A DNA stretch of 64,000 bases, from NCBI GenBank assembly GCA_965237675.1, contig OZ250150.1, positions 4,352,001 through 4,416,000 of the forward strand, in the 5' to 3' direction. Source of the stretch: Candidatus Latescibacterota bacterium (GTDB lineage Bacteria; Latescibacterota; UBA2968; GCA-2709665). A program made the position numbers and the translations under genes. Shown here in pieces: positions 51,226 to 63,149 of the stretch (the first letter of the stretch is position 1; each line of letters opens with the position of its first letter). Below the pieces are notes generated by a model that was not told the DNA's origin, made no database searches, and saw only the letters and a list, made by a program, of their open reading frames with translations.

Positions 51226-51386
51226 AAGCTGTTTTAAAATTCCCAGCGGTCTTCGCGCGGCTGCAAAAGCGCCGGTCGGCGTTGGTCAAACCCACCCGTA
51301 TCTTTAGATATGGGCGGGTTTTCCCGCCTTGACCGCCACTTTTTCGCTCGCGCTCGGGAACTCACCGATAATTTTAAAACAGCTTC
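51225..51386. mobile_element. MITE (162 bp) with 17-bp terminal inverted repeats and TTA target duplication
   Basis: TTA|GAAGCTGTTTTAAAATT ... AATTTTAAAACAGCTTC|TTA. Confidence 0.85.
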
Positions 51387-51455
51387 TTAACGGTAAACGC
51401 CGTCACCCTTCCCTGTGCCCGGAACACAGTGGAAAATAAAGTCGGAAGAAAACAC

Positions 51456-51482
51456 TTGACAAAACAGACATATGTCTGTTTT
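51456..51482 (+). promoter_or_regulatory. imuA promoter -35 with perfect 22-bp palindrome (candidate SOS operator)
   Basis: TTGACA overlapping AAAACAGACATATGTCTGTTTT. Confidence 0.65.
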
Positions 51483-51548
51483 TTTTGTTTATGAACGTTC
51501 CTTCAGGAGAATGCAGAACCGTTTTCACTCCCGGGAAAGGTCATCGAA

Positions 51549-52214
51549 GTGCAGGGTGTATCGAGCAACGTAAAACGTGAACGCTTGTCAGCCTTACAGG
51601 ACAGCGGGTTACAGCGCCTCCGGGTCGATCTGAGCAGGATCAGGATCCGAACGAAAACGCCACGCTGGTCGCTGGCGCAGTTGGCCGGGCGTCTTTGCGA
51701 ACTCTCCTCCAATTCAGGAGCCGGTCTGCTCACGGCCGCCTTCCGGCTGGTGCTGGATGCACAGATCGAGCATGAGCCGGCGGCCTGGATCACGGCCACG
51801 CCGGATACTTTCTTCGCCCCCGATGCAGCCGAAAACGGCGTGGACCTGGATGCCCTCGTTATCATCCACGTTCCCGATGCCCAGTCCGCGGCGCGCTCCG
51901 CGGACCGGCTCCTGAGATCGGGCGCGTTTGGCCTGATGGTGATGGATCTGCACTCCGATCCCACAATTCCGTTTCCGCTGCAGGCGCGCCTGGCCCACCT
52001 GGCGCGGGCCCACGACACCGCCCTGCTCTGCCTGACCTCAAAAGCCAGGGAGACGCCTTCTCTGGGACCGATGGTCTGTCTGAGAGGGCAATCCTCCTGC
52101 CGCCGTCTGGGGGTCGACCGCTTCCAATACGACATCGAGATTTTGAAGGACAGACGCCATGGACCGGGTTGGCGCCACACCGAAATCTGCCGCGGGCCGG
52201 ACGGCCTGCATTAA
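51549..52214 (+). CDS. imuA: ImuA-like RecA-fold protein (start uncertain)
   Basis: GRLCELS, FFAPDAAENGVDL, ADRLLRSGAFGLMVMD; upstream of imuB-dnaE2. Confidence 0.8.
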   Translation: MQGVSSNVKRERLSALQDSGLQRLRVDLSRIRIRTKTPRWSLAQLAGRLCELSSNSGAGLLTAAFRLVLDAQIEHEPAAWITATPDTFFAPDAAENGVDLDALVIIHVPDAQSAARSADRLLRSGAFGLMVMDLHSDPTIPFPLQARLAHLARAHDTALLCLTSKARETPSLGPMVCLRGQSSCRRLGVDRFQYDIEILKDRRHGPGWRHTEICRGPDGLH

Positions 52215-53661
52215 TATCCGGGCGCTGCCGCTGCAACTCCTGCTGAGGAGATACCCGGAGTGGGGACGGAGGCCGGTCGCAGTGGTGGAAAAAGAGAGTC
52301 CTCAGAGCCCCATCCTCTGGATGAACCCGGCGGCCGACCGGGCCGGCATCCGAACGGGAATGCGCTATGCCTCCGCCCTCTCGCTGGACCGGAACCTGTG
52401 CGCGGGAACGGTTTCCGAGAGGGAAATCCAGGCCGCGGTGCGGCAGGTCCACCGGCTTCTGGACCGTTTCAGCCCGCGGATCGAGCCCTGCGACGATGAG
52501 CCCGGGATTTTCTGGGTCGACGCCAGCGGACTCGACAAGCTCCATACCTCTCTCGAGGCCTGGGCCGGGCAGATCGACGCCCACCTCTCCCGACTGGCGT
52601 TGAAGGCCAGCATCGTCGTCGGCTTCAGCCGTTTCGGCAGCTATGCCATCGCCAAGTCGGTGAGCCGGGTGATCGTGTTCCCCTCCCCCGAGGTCGAGAA
52701 GACGGAAAGCCGCATGGTGCGGCTGCTGCATCTGAAAATCGACCCGAAGCTGCGCGACCGGCTCGAGAAGCTGGCAATTCATACCGTGAGCGACTTCCTG
52801 GAGCTTCCCGCGGGCGGCATCGCGCGTCACCTCGGCGAGCAGGCCTGGAGCCTCTACCGTTTTGCGTCGGGAACGCTGTCGCTGCCGGTTCAATCCCGAA
52901 AGATTCCCGAGCCCCTCTGCGCCCGGATGGACCTGGACGAGCCCGATTCCAATGCCCAGAGACTCCTTTTCTGGATCCGGCGGCGGCTGGATCCCCTGTT
53001 ACGGGCGGTGGCGGCAAGATGCCAGGCGGTGGCGGCCCTGCATCTGCAACTGCTGCTGGAAGACGGAGACCGTCATCGCCAGCGCATCCAGCCGGCAAGA
53101 CCGACCCTGGAGGCGCCGGTCCTGCTGGATCTGCTCCGCTTGCACTTGGAAACGGTCTCTTTCCGCGCTCCTCCGGTGGAATTGGTCCTCGAGGTGGAGG
53201 GCGTGTACGTCTCCGCCGAAACACTGAACCTGCTGCAGCAGAATCCACGCCGCAATATTGAAGCGGCCCTGGATGCCCTGGCCCGGGTTCGCGCCGAGTT
53301 CGGCCCCGATTCCGTGCTGTCGGCCCGGCTCAAATCGGGGCACCTGCCGGAAGCCCGTTTCGAGTGGCAGCCCTTCAAGAAGCTTGCCGCGGCCAACCCC
53401 CAACCGGTCCCCATGCGCCCCCTGGTGCGGCGCGTCCACGCCTGCCCCAAACTTCTGGAAGGGGCTTCCCTTCGCTATGCGAAGCACCGGAAGCCGTCGC
53501 CGGGCGTGGGGCATCCGCCGGGACATGCGATCAGTGGAGAATGGTGGCGCCGGGAAATTCGGAGAGTCTATTGGTTCGTCAAGACCCATCGGGGGGAGCG
53601 TCTCTGGATCTATTACGACCAGCAAACGCGTCGCTGGTACGCCCAGGGCCGGGTCGAGTGA
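52159..53661 (+). CDS. imuB: ImuB-like inactive Y-family polymerase
   Basis: PVAVV, A...GIR.GM, FSPRIE, FWVDASG, C-terminal GEWW..R.Y...LWIY..WYAQG. Confidence 0.85.
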   Translation: MDRVGATPKSAAGRTACINIRALPLQLLLRRYPEWGRRPVAVVEKESPQSPILWMNPAADRAGIRTGMRYASALSLDRNLCAGTVSEREIQAAVRQVHRLLDRFSPRIEPCDDEPGIFWVDASGLDKLHTSLEAWAGQIDAHLSRLALKASIVVGFSRFGSYAIAKSVSRVIVFPSPEVEKTESRMVRLLHLKIDPKLRDRLEKLAIHTVSDFLELPAGGIARHLGEQAWSLYRFASGTLSLPVQSRKIPEPLCARMDLDEPDSNAQRLLFWIRRRLDPLLRAVAARCQAVAALHLQLLLEDGDRHRQRIQPARPTLEAPVLLDLLRLHLETVSFRAPPVELVLEVEGVYVSAETLNLLQQNPRRNIEAALDALARVRAEFGPDSVLSARLKSGHLPEARFEWQPFKKLAAANPQPVPMRPLVRRVHACPKLLEGASLRYAKHRKPSPGVGHPPGHAISGEWWRREIRRVYWFVKTHRGERLWIYYDQQTRRWYAQGRVE

Positions 53662-53714
53662 CCGGATCCGCCCGGCCAGGGCCGGGCGACGGGAGATCAA
53701 GAAGGACGGAAACC

Positions 53715-56700
53715 ATGAACGGACCGTTGGCTCCGGGCCGGAACGGCGCCCGGGCGCCCGTCTCCGATCCACCCTACGTCCCCCTCTGGTGTAAAAGCAA
53801 CTATTCCTTTCTGGAAGGCGCCAGCCATCCCGAGGAACTGGTCGACGCCTGCCGGCGGAACGGCCTTCCCGCCATGGCGCTCACCGACCGGAACGGCGTG
53901 TACGGGATCGTCAGGGCTCATGTTCAGGCCCGCCAGGCGGATATTCACCTGATTGCAGGATCGCAGATCGGCCTCCAGGACGGATCGGAGATCCTGTTGC
54001 TGGCCCAGCATCGGAAGGGCTACGGCAATCTCTGCCGCCTGCTGACCGACGGGCATCTGCGTTCCTCCAAGGGAGCGTGCAGGCTGAGCCTGCCGGAGGT
54101 GTGCCGTTACAATCCCGGTCTGATCGCCCTGTGGATTGGCCGGGCCGGGCCGGAAGCCCCTGCGGAGGGTGGCCCGGAGCCTGTGCTGGAACAGCTCAAA
54201 ACGGCATTCGAGGACCGCCTGTACATCCTGTTGGCCAGACACCGTCGAGCGGAGGAAATCCTTCAGGAAATTCGTCTCCGGGAACTGGCGGACCGGTTCA
54301 GCCTTCCCACCGTGGCCGCCGTGGAGGTCCTCTATCACGCTCCTGAACGGCGGCGCCTGCAGGACGTCCTGACCTGTATCCGGAAAGGCGTGACCCTGTC
54401 CACGGCGGGCCGGCGCATCCAACCGAACGACCAGCACGCCTTGAAGCGTCCGGATGACCTGACCCGCCTCTTTATAGACGATCCGGAGTCGGTCAGGCGA
54501 ACCCGGGAAATTGCCGACCGCTGTTCCTTCTCGCTCCAGGAACTGCGTTACCGCTATCCGCTGGAACGTGTGCCGGAGGGCAAAACTTCCATCCAGTACC
54601 TGCGCGATCGGACGTTCGAGGGGGCCGCCCGACGAATGGGCGAAAAGTTTCAGTACCAGATTCCACAATTGGAGAAGGAACTCGAGCTGATCCAGGAACT
54701 GGAGTACGAAGGCTACTTCCTGACCATGTACGAGGTCGTCGAGTACTGCCGCCGTGAAAAAATCCTCTGCCAGGGCCGGGGGTCGGCCGCCAACTCAGCG
54801 GTCTGCTTCGCCCTGGGGATCACCAGCGTGGATCCGACCCAGGTGGAGCTTCTTTTCGAGCGATTTCTGTCCAGGGAGAGGGCCGAACCTCCGGACATCG
54901 ACCTGGATATCGAACACAACCGCAGGGAAGAAGTGATCCAGCATGTGTACGAAAAATATGGGCGCGAACGCGCCGCGATGGTGGCCAATGTGGTCCGTTA
55001 CCGGTACCGGTCCGCCATCCGGGAAGTGGGCAAGGCGCTGGAAATTTCAGCAACCAGCCTGGACCGCCTGGCCAAGCTGGTGTCCCATGAAAACTGGAGC
55101 GATGCGTTCATTGCGCAGGCCGGGCTCGATCCCCGGAACCCGGCCCTGCGCCATCTCGCTTCTCTGGTAGAAGAGATTCAGGATTTTCCCCGCCATCTCT
55201 CCATACATCCCGGCGGCTTTCTGCTGGGCCATCGTCCCGTCCACGAACTGGTGCCCATCGAGAACGCCACCATGGATGGCAGAACGGTCATTCAATGGGA
55301 TAAGGAGGACGTGGAGCAGGCCGGTCTGTTCAAGGTGGACCTGCTGGGACTGGGCGCCCTCACCCATCTGCATCTCTGCTTCGATCTCCTGCGGCGGCAC
55401 CGCGGGCAGGACCTGTCTCTGGCCACCCTGCCCCGGGGCGATGCGGCGACCTTCGAGATGATCTGCCGCAGCGATACCGTGGGGGTATTTCAGATCGAAA
55501 GCAGGGCGCAGATGGCCATGCTGGGGCGCCTCAGACCCCGCAGTTATTACGACCTGGTGATCGAGATCAGCATTGTGCGTCCCGGACCCATCACGGGCGG
55601 CATGGTGCATCCCTATCTGCGACGGCGCAACGGGGACGAAGAAGTCGAATATCCCCATCCTTCCCTCGTTCCCGTTCTGAAAAAAACCCTGGGCATTCCT
55701 CTGTTTCAGGAGCAGGTGATGCAACTGGCCATGGTTGCGGCCGACTACACCCCCGGCGAGGCCGATCAGCTCCGGCGGGACATGGCGGCGTGGCGACGTT
55801 CCGGACGCATCGAGCGTCACCATAGCCGCCTCGTCACCCGCATGGTCAAAAAGGGCATCGAACACGAATTCGCCGAACGCATCTTCAATCAGATCCGCGG
55901 CTTCGGCGACTACGGCTTTCCCGAGAGCCACGCCGCCAGCTTTGCCCATATCGCCTATGCCACCGCCTATCTCAAATGCCACTATCCGGCGGCGTTCGTC
56001 TGCGCCCTGCTGAATGCCCAGCCGATGGGATTTTACGAGCCCGCTACCATCGTCAACGACGCCCGGAGGCACGGGATCGCCGTGCGGCCCGTCTGCCTGC
56101 GCGAAAGCGACTGGGACTGCACCCTGGAGCCGGCCCGATCCCGCGCCTCGCCCGCTCCGTTCGCCGTGCGCATGGGGCTGCGTTACGTCAGCGGGCTGGG
56201 CGATGCGGACGGACGCCGCCTCTCGACTGCCGCGAGGGAGCGCTCTTTTCGGGATCTCGAAGACGTCGCCCGGCGCAGCGGGCTTCGCCAGGACAAGCTG
56301 GAGGCCCTGGCCGAGGCGGGCGCCTTCGAGTGTTTCGGCCTGGACCGGCGCGGCGCGCTCTGGCAGATCCACGGTATCGCAACCCCGCAAGAGCCCGTGC
56401 TGTCATTGAACAGCCGCGCTTCGCAGCCCCGGTTTCCTCCCCTGAGTGGATTGGAAACCGTTGTCTGGGACCATCAGGCCGCCGACCACAGCACGCGGGG
56501 GCACCTTCTGAAACCGCTGCGTTCCGCGCTGGCCGCCCAGGGACTGCCCACGGCGCGCCAGATCAACCGGATGCAGGACGGACACCGGGTTTGCTACGCG
56601 GGGATGGTCATCTGCCGCCAGCGCCCGGGAACCGCAAAAGGCGTCACTTTCATGACCCTGGAGGATGAGACGGGTTTTGTGAACCTGGTTATCTGGGAAA

Positions 56701-56864
56701 GGACGTTCAAGCGCTATTCCCTGCTGGCCAAAACGCTTTCCTGCATGGGCGTAACCGGAACGCTGCATGTAGGAGAGGGCGTAACCCACCTGGTGGTTGA
56801 AAAAATCTGGAAGCCGAAGCTGGATACCGGGGCGGTCCAGGCCAAGAGCCGGGATTTTCATTGA
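53715..56864 (+). CDS. dnaE2: Error-prone DNA polymerase DnaE2 (ImuC)
   Basis: [40 protein letters not shown]-terminal SRDFH. Confidence 0.96.
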   Translation: MNGPLAPGRNGARAPVSDPPYVPLWCKSNYSFLEGASHPEELVDACRRNGLPAMALTDRNGVYGIVRAHVQARQADIHLIAGSQIGLQDGSEILLLAQHRKGYGNLCRLLTDGHLRSSKGACRLSLPEVCRYNPGLIALWIGRAGPEAPAEGGPEPVLEQLKTAFEDRLYILLARHRRAEEILQEIRLRELADRFSLPTVAAVEVLYHAPERRRLQDVLTCIRKGVTLSTAGRRIQPNDQHALKRPDDLTRLFIDDPESVRRTREIADRCSFSLQELRYRYPLERVPEGKTSIQYLRDRTFEGAARRMGEKFQYQIPQLEKELELIQELEYEGYFLTMYEVVEYCRREKILCQGRGSAANSAVCFALGITSVDPTQVELLFERFLSRERAEPPDIDLDIEHNRREEVIQHVYEKYGRERAAMVANVVRYRYRSAIREVGKALEISATSLDRLAKLVSHENWSDAFIAQAGLDPRNPALRHLASLVEEIQDFPRHLSIHPGGFLLGHRPVHELVPIENATMDGRTVIQWDKEDVEQAGLFKVDLLGLGALTHLHLCFDLLRRHRGQDLSLATLPRGDAATFEMICRSDTVGVFQIESRAQMAMLGRLRPRSYYDLVIEISIVRPGPITGGMVHPYLRRRNGDEEVEYPHPSLVPVLKKTLGIPLFQEQVMQLAMVAADYTPGEADQLRRDMAAWRRSGRIERHHSRLVTRMVKKGIEHEFAERIFNQIRGFGDYGFPESHAASFAHIAYATAYLKCHYPAAFVCALLNAQPMGFYEPATIVNDARRHGIAVRPVCLRESDWDCTLEPARSRASPAPFAVRMGLRYVSGLGDADGRRLSTAARERSFRDLEDVARRSGLRQDKLEALAEAGAFECFGLDRRGALWQIHGIATPQEPVLSLNSRASQPRFPPLSGLETVVWDHQAADHSTRGHLLKPLRSALAAQGLPTARQINRMQDGHRVCYAGMVICRQRPGTAKGVTFMTLEDETGFVNLVIWERTFKRYSLLAKTLSCMGVTGTLHVGEGVTHLVVEKIWKPKLDTGAVQAKSRDFH

Positions 56865-57022
56865 CACCATTTCCCGGAAGGCCGAAATTGCACGGTGCAG
56901 GCGACGCGCCGAAAACCGCATCCCAATCCCCGACCCGGCCCTCGAGGCCCCTGCCGCCGCCGGCTCGAACACCCGGAGGGCGTTGCGGGGTTGCCAACAC
57001 GACAAACGGAGGAGATGATCCT

Positions 57023-57709
57023 ATGTGCGGGCGTTTCACCCAGATGATGACCTGGCACGAACTCCACGAGCTTTACACGCTGGCTGAACCCGTGGCGCCG
57101 CCACACATGCAACCTCGCTACAACGGCGCGCCGACCCAGGACTTCGCCGTGTGCCTGCCGGACGAAAACGGCAACCGGGCGATCGCCAGGCTCCGATGGG
57201 GCCTGGTGCCCTCGTGGGCTAAAGACATCAGAATGGGCGCGCGCATGATCAACGCGCGGGCCGAGACCGTCCACGAGAAACCGGCATTCGGCTCCGCATT
57301 CCGCTCGCGGCGGTGCCTGGTGCCGGCCGACGGCTGGTTCGAGTGGCAGCGGGCGGGCCACGGCAAACAGCCCTACTTCCTGGCGCTCGCGGACGGATCG
57401 CCGCTCTCGTTCGCCGCTCTGTGGGAACGCTGGGACAAAGGCGGCGAATCCCTCCAGACCTTTACGATCATCACCACCGACGCCGACCCGCCGCTTGCGG
57501 ACATCCACCACCGGCAACCGGCCATCATCAATCCCGAACATTTTTCGGTCTGGCTCGACCCCGCAACATCCGCGGACACGCTCCTCGACCTGGCCCGCAA
57601 ACCCCGCGCGGGGCCGTACGAAGTCCGCGCCGTCAGCACCCGCGTAAACAGCGCCCGTAACGACGACCCGGATATCCTCACGCCCATGTCCCAACAGCGA
57701 CTGTTCTGA
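57023..57709 (+). CDS. SOS response-associated peptidase (SRAP/HMCES, abasic-site protection)
   Basis: MCGRF N-terminus (catalytic Cys2), WGLVP.W, INARAET, RRCLVPADGWFEW, IHHRQP. Confidence 0.93.
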   Translation: MCGRFTQMMTWHELHELYTLAEPVAPPHMQPRYNGAPTQDFAVCLPDENGNRAIARLRWGLVPSWAKDIRMGARMINARAETVHEKPAFGSAFRSRRCLVPADGWFEWQRAGHGKQPYFLALADGSPLSFAALWERWDKGGESLQTFTIITTDADPPLADIHHRQPAIINPEHFSVWLDPATSADTLLDLARKPRAGPYEVRAVSTRVNSARNDDPDILTPMSQQRLF

Positions 57710-58071
57710 GCTGAACGAGGAATATCACTTACTGTAAAAAAGGCAGGCTGCGCTGTGAATTGGATGCCGGACGAGTAATCCGTTCCGGCGTTGCCGGCTT
57801 CCCTCGTCAATAATGTGCCCTACCGGTACTCTGAATGCAGATGCAATACGTAAGGCAAAAAATATCAATCATATATAACGAATGATAAATAGAGGTCGAT
57901 ACAGACCTCTATTTTAGTTTTAAGTTGACCCGAAACATAACGGGTTGTATATAAGAGACGATTGGATCGACGATCTATCCGCACTCCGGCTCTCACCTCC
58001 CCATTCACAATCTTCCGACTCCTGAGGACAGGCCGAACCGACTCCCTCCGCTCTCTCCGTAGGTGTCCGAC

Positions 58072-59174
58072 ATGGCGAAAACGTGCGTAGTTGCGGCAAT
58101 AATCGTCTGCATGTGTACGGACACATGCCCGGCGTACCGGCTCGTGGGGTCGGAAGCATTGTCAGACGCGCTCGTCGCCCATCACTATACCATCAATGCC
58201 AACCTGGACGCCGTCATCGTGGTAGAGAAGACGCAAAGAGGAAGTTACAAAAATCCTACGAAAAATCCGTACAGGCCGGCGATCATAGTCTCTTGAGAAA
58301 CTACGCGCTTGCACGGACGGTGGGAGTGCGGAGATGGTTTTCGCGCGAAGCAATGAAGCAAATCACTCTGGAGGACGTCAGGCAGTATTGCGGAGGGTTT
58401 CTGAATGCAGAGGTGGTTTTCTTCAAGGCAATCTCGGACCTCGACTCCACGGAGGTGGAGGCGTCACTTGGTCCAATTAAGGAAGATAGTCGGCTCGGCG
58501 GTTTTGTGTGGTCGCCGCCAACTCGGGAAAACGACGGTCTTCCGGGTCATCACGCATTTGTGTTTGAGCATTACTCCCATCTGAAAAACGTCTACGGTCA
58601 CTGGCTCATCCCATGTGGTACGGTCGGCGAGGACAACTACGTTCCCAATATGGTTTCCTGGACGCTTGGGCGCGGCGGCAGCCGCGGCTTGCTCGATGAA
58701 TATTTGCGAGAAGAGTTGGGATTGGTCTACAGTACTTCCTGCTCATATCGAAGAGAAGATGACGTCAGGTTTCTTGAGATTTCAGCTGATCCGCGGCTCG
58801 AAAACAGCGAGGAACTGATAACGAAAATGCACGAGTTGATTGTCGGACTTGCCGACAAACCCTATTTCTGGGGGTCGATCGCCGAGTTGCGGGAAAACCC
58901 GGACGTCATCGAAGCTCATACACACGGCGAATTGACACCGCAGCGCAAACTTTACCGCGAGGCGGACCGAGCCATCTACAACTTCCCGAGCCGGGAAGGC
59001 GGATTCAAAGCCGTCACCGACGCCGAGATTCGGTCGTTTATCCAGAAATACTTTGTGGAACAAAATTTAGTCATGTTGTTTTTAGGACCGAAGGATCACA
59101 TTGTCGAAATGCTGAAGAAACACTGGCCTGAAGTCGAAATTCACCTGCAGACCACAGAAAGTGTCATCGAATAG
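58072..59174 (+). pseudogene. M16 peptidase-like protein, frameshifted/internally deleted
   Basis: Signal-peptide ORF joined out of frame to ITLEDVR..., L...LREELGLVYS, VTDAEIRSFIQKYF; no HxxEH. Confidence 0.6.
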
Positions 59175-59207
59175 CTTCGCGCCCATTCGCGCACCCCGAC
59201 CATATCC

Positions 59208-60590
59208 ATGACCCGCCCCTTGTCGCCCCCCCACCTCGATCCGACCCCCTCCAATCAGGCGCCGGTCCTTCCCCTGGTCTGGGCGATCGCATGGCCGGTG
59301 GTCGTCGCGTCAATGCTCGACGCCATGGAGGGGCTTGTCGATATTTTCATGGTGGGGCAACTGGGTCCGGCCGCGATATCGGCGGTGGGACTCAGCCGGC
59401 AGATCCTGTTTCTGACGATGGTCATGGCGATATCGGTCAGCACCGGATCGCGCACACTTGTCGCGCAGCTTTACGGAGCCGGGCGCCATGCCGATCTCAG
59501 CAATACAGCGCAACACGCCATCGTGATGGGGATCCTGCTGTCCGCGGGCCTGGCCCTTGTGGGGAGCGCGGTCGCCCGGCCGGCGTTGGTCCTGCTGGGC
59601 GCGCAGCACGACGTGCTCGCCCACGCCGTGCCGTTCCTCCGCATGTACTTTGTCGGCATCGTCTTCATGATGCCCAATTTTATCATCGGCGGAATTTTCG
59701 GCGGCGCCGGGGATACCCGGACGCCGTTGAAGATTTCGTGTCTCATCATCTGTCTGAAAATTCCGCTCACCTACGGCCTGATTTTCGGGGCATGGGGTCT
59801 GCCCCAACTGGGCGTGACCGGAGCAGCCCTCGGCAGTATCGTCTCACGGGCCGTGGGCTGCATCGTCGGGGTCTCACTGCTTACGTCCGGCCGCTCGCGG
59901 GTCCATATGCGGTGGAATTGGCGCCTGCCTATCAACCGGGACATTATCGGGCGAATGATGCGGATCGGGGTTCCCGCTGGCATTCAGGGGTTTTTCCGAA
60001 ACGGCGCCCGCGTTCTGATCTATCGTGTCGTGGGGTGGACGAGCCGGCCCACCGCCGCAACGGCCGCGCTGACCATCGGCCTGCAGATGCGAATGATCGG
60101 CATCATGCCGGCCCTGGCGTTTTCCGTATCGGCAACCGCGCTGGTTGGACAACGATTGGGCGCGAGGCAGATACGCGAGGCCGAGCGCTTCGCCGCAAAT
60201 ACAATCCGGCTCGGCATGACGTTCATCACCGTCTGCGCCATCGTCATCTGCGTCTTCGCCCGGGAGATCGTCGACCTGTTCACGGATTCCGCGGCGGTCA
60301 TCGAAATGGGATACATTATGCTCTTGTATTTCACCATCGCCCAGGTCTTCTCCGCGTTGTCCATTGTCGCCGGGGGCGTACTGGCCGGCGGCGGCGAGAC
60401 CAGGCCCCTCCTCTACTATACGATTGTGGCGCAGTGGCTGGTTATGCTGCCGCTCTCCTACGTCCTGGCGTTTCTTTTGGGTCTGGATGTCGCGGGTATC
60501 TGGATCGCCTGGCTCATCGGCGGCGTCGCACAGGGCATTCTTGCCTGGGCCCGTTACCTTAAGGGCGCATGGAAACAGACTCTGATATAA
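59208..60590 (+). CDS. MATE family efflux transporter
   Basis: VDIFMVGQLG..AISAVG, GDTRTPL, LGVTGAA, LVGQRLGA. Confidence 0.93.
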   Translation: MTRPLSPPHLDPTPSNQAPVLPLVWAIAWPVVVASMLDAMEGLVDIFMVGQLGPAAISAVGLSRQILFLTMVMAISVSTGSRTLVAQLYGAGRHADLSNTAQHAIVMGILLSAGLALVGSAVARPALVLLGAQHDVLAHAVPFLRMYFVGIVFMMPNFIIGGIFGGAGDTRTPLKISCLIICLKIPLTYGLIFGAWGLPQLGVTGAALGSIVSRAVGCIVGVSLLTSGRSRVHMRWNWRLPINRDIIGRMMRIGVPAGIQGFFRNGARVLIYRVVGWTSRPTAATAALTIGLQMRMIGIMPALAFSVSATALVGQRLGARQIREAERFAANTIRLGMTFITVCAIVICVFAREIVDLFTDSAAVIEMGYIMLLYFTIAQVFSALSIVAGGVLAGGGETRPLLYYTIVAQWLVMLPLSYVLAFLLGLDVAGIWIAWLIGGVAQGILAWARYLKGAWKQTLI

Positions 60591-60646
60591 GGTTCTGTCC
60601 GGGAAATAGATCGCCGAAATTCGGATGACGCGTCGAGCAGCTGGCA

Positions 60647-60775
60647 TCCTTCGACAGGCTCAGGAACCGGCGCCTGAGCCATGAGCCGCTCCCTGAGCTT
60701 GTCGAAGGGTCGGCGAAGGGCGTTGAAGAGCACCCAACAGGTTACGAAACGCGGGCATTTCGACAAGCTCAATGA
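60647..60775. repeat. Short intergenic palindromic repeats
   Basis: CCTTCGACAGGCTCAGG / CCTGAGCTTGTCGAAGG (inverted) / TTTCGACAAGCTCAATG. Confidence 0.7.
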
Positions 60776-61055
60776 CCACGTTTCGAATAGCCGTTTCCAC
60801 AGCCTCACCACAGTCAGCGAAGGGAACGTAACGAGGCGGGATGAATCGGCGGCTGCATGGTGACATATTTCCGGGACGGGATACTCGTGCAGACGATGCG
60901 GCGTGGCGAAGACGAGGTATCGGGCGAGGATTCTGGGGATTCGGTTTGATGCAGATGAGCAGACAAGAATGTCCGCTCCACCCTTTCGATATCTTGTTCG
61001 AGGGATCGCTCGAGCGTATCAACCATTTGAGAGTAAGGCGACTTAGAGCCTCGAT

Positions 61056-61610
61056 CTATGAAAATCCGTCGCCACGAAGTTGCTTCAGTTTCTTTCCCAT
61101 CTCCTCGATGCCTGGGGCGTTGCCCACGTGCCGGTACAACTGGTGGGCCTCTTCGAAAACCCGCAGTGCCTCCTCGCTTTTGCCGACACACTCCAGAAGC
61201 ATGCCGAAGCCCCGAAGCGCATTTGCCAGCGAGTGCGTCGGCGTTGGGTCGAGATCGCGGTACATCTGTATTGCCGACCGGTAATCACGCTCCGCGCTGT
61301 GCCAATCCGGAAGATCCCGGCGAACATCCGCGACGTGACGGAGCGAATGGGCGATCTTTTCGGAATGGTTTCCGGCCACGTAGTGGTTGTAACCCTCCAG
61401 GTACAGGTGGAGGGCCCGCTCGGTGTTCCCCCGATCCCTCTCGAACTGCCCGTAGACGTGTGCTACCCTGCCCAGGGATTCGTGGTCGTCTTCACGGCAC
61501 AGATTCACCGCCTCGGCCACCAACCTTCTGCCCCTTTCATAATCCGCATCCCCCCTCGTTTTCCATGCCTCGTTCAGCAACTGAGCGATCCTCTGTTCTC
61601 TTGACACCAT
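61056..61610 (-). CDS. Tetratricopeptide-repeat protein
   Basis: Repeated helical motifs A..Y..A...Y, LANALRG.G. Confidence 0.75.
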   Translation of the reverse strand: MVSREQRIAQLLNEAWKTRGDADYERGRRLVAEAVNLCREDDHESLGRVAHVYGQFERDRGNTERALHLYLEGYNHYVAGNHSEKIAHSLRHVADVRRDLPDWHSAERDYRSAIQMYRDLDPTPTHSLANALRGFGMLLECVGKSEEALRVFEEAHQLYRHVGNAPGIEEMGKKLKQLRGDGFS

Positions 61611-61697
61611 GTCACTTTCTATCTGTCGATTGCCGACCGCGCATGGTTGCGCCGGGCAACGTTCAACATCTTGTATTGCGCTATGCACCGCGCAGGG

Positions 61698-62453
61698 CTA
61701 CCGCTTCTTTGGCGTGTAGAACAACAGGGTACCGATCCGTTCGTATCCAATTGAGGTATACAGCAATGCGCCCGTGTGGGTCGCTGTTAAAACGGCCATT
61801 TGCGAACCATTTGACCGGTCATCGCGGAGCATCCGGCACATCAGCGCCCGGCCGATCCCCCGACGCCGCGCCGAGGAAACGACGTGCATGTTCGAACACC
61901 ACGTTGCCGAGTCCACCTCGATGCTTTGAACCCATCCCGCGGGCTCGCCGTTCTCGAGCGCGACGTACTGCCGCAACGGAGAGTCAGGTGAAAGATGTTC
62001 CGACAGGGTCTGTCTGACCCGGGTGGCTTTGTTCAGCCTGTCGGCCATTTCGGCGGTGACGACCCGGTCTATGGATAGTGGGTCCACAACACGGGGGATG
62101 CGCCGCAATCGATGCACCATGACGGCTTCTGTTGTATTCAGGCGGTAGTTGAGCGCCTTGAAATCCGCCCGCATCCCGGCGTCGGACTCCCCTGTCGCGC
62201 AGATCGCGCAAATGCCGAACTGCCCACGGGTGCTCTTCCTGGCCACGCGGTCGATCTCTCCGGCATCGACGCCATGAGCGATCCACTCCTCGCGACGGTA
62301 CGCGCCGCGTTCTCTCGGAGCATCCCGGACCACCCAGATCGGGCCCTCCCGACTTGCCAGGTAGGGATGCGTGAAACTCCTTGTAAAACAGTAACCGCGG
62401 GCGAAAACCTCCAGCGCCTTCTGCATGCGCGCGTAATCGGGCATCGTGTTCAT
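61698..62453 (-). CDS. GNAT family acetyltransferase
   Basis: V...ARRRGIGRALM, G..LYTSIGY. Confidence 0.85.
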   Translation of the reverse strand: MNTMPDYARMQKALEVFARGYCFTRSFTHPYLASREGPIWVVRDAPRERGAYRREEWIAHGVDAGEIDRVARKSTRGQFGICAICATGESDAGMRADFKALNYRLNTTEAVMVHRLRRIPRVVDPLSIDRVVTAEMADRLNKATRVRQTLSEHLSPDSPLRQYVALENGEPAGWVQSIEVDSATWCSNMHVVSSARRRGIGRALMCRMLRDDRSNGSQMAVLTATHTGALLYTSIGYERIGTLLFYTPKKR

Positions 62454-62585
62454 TCTCCCTTAATTCGCAATGACGTTTAAGAAGGCGATGTCCAGGATCC
62501 GTGAAAATTCAACTGGACAGAGGGCCGGACGCCTCATAGTTTTCGTCGACGGCAAACAGGCACAGGGTCCAGTGTGGAGGCGCAA

Positions 62586-63101
62586 ATGATCAGCTGCGTG
62601 CACGCGATGTCCTATTCCACCGACGGCGATCCACAACTCCGCGCGGGCGATCGACTGGGCGTCGTCTCCGACTCCCACGGACTCATCAGGCCGCAGGTAC
62701 TGGAACTGCTGCAGGGCGTCCGCCTGATTATCCATGCAGGCGACGTGGGGAAGATTTCGGTACTGGAGCAATTGGAACGCATCTCGCCGGTGTACGCCGT
62801 CCGCGGAAACGTCGACCTGGATCCACCCTGCAGCGACCTGCCCGAAAGACTCGTGCTGCGCGCCGGAAGGCAGTGGATGCTCGTGACACACATCCTTGAC
62901 GACGCGGATGCCGCGGGTTTCGATCTTGTGGTGTGCGGCCATTCTCACATGCCGAAAATAAGCACCTTGGGATCGGCTTGCTGCCTGAATCCCGGTAGCA
63001 TCGGGCCCCGCCGTTTTCGGCTTCCAGTATCCATGGGGTACATCACCATCTCCCCCCAGGATGCGCTTATTCCCGAACTGCGAACCGTAGAGATAGAATA
63101 G
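62586..63101 (+). CDS. YfcE-like metallophosphoesterase
   Basis: SDSHG, HAGD, VRGNVD, GHSH, NPGS. Confidence 0.9.
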   Translation: MISCVHAMSYSTDGDPQLRAGDRLGVVSDSHGLIRPQVLELLQGVRLIIHAGDVGKISVLEQLERISPVYAVRGNVDLDPPCSDLPERLVLRAGRQWMLVTHILDDADAAGFDLVVCGHSHMPKISTLGSACCLNPGSIGPRRFRLPVSMGYITISPQDALIPELRTVEIE

Positions 63102-63149
63102 CCATGCACCGGATGACCTGAAGATACGAAAGCCGGTCGATGACCCGTA

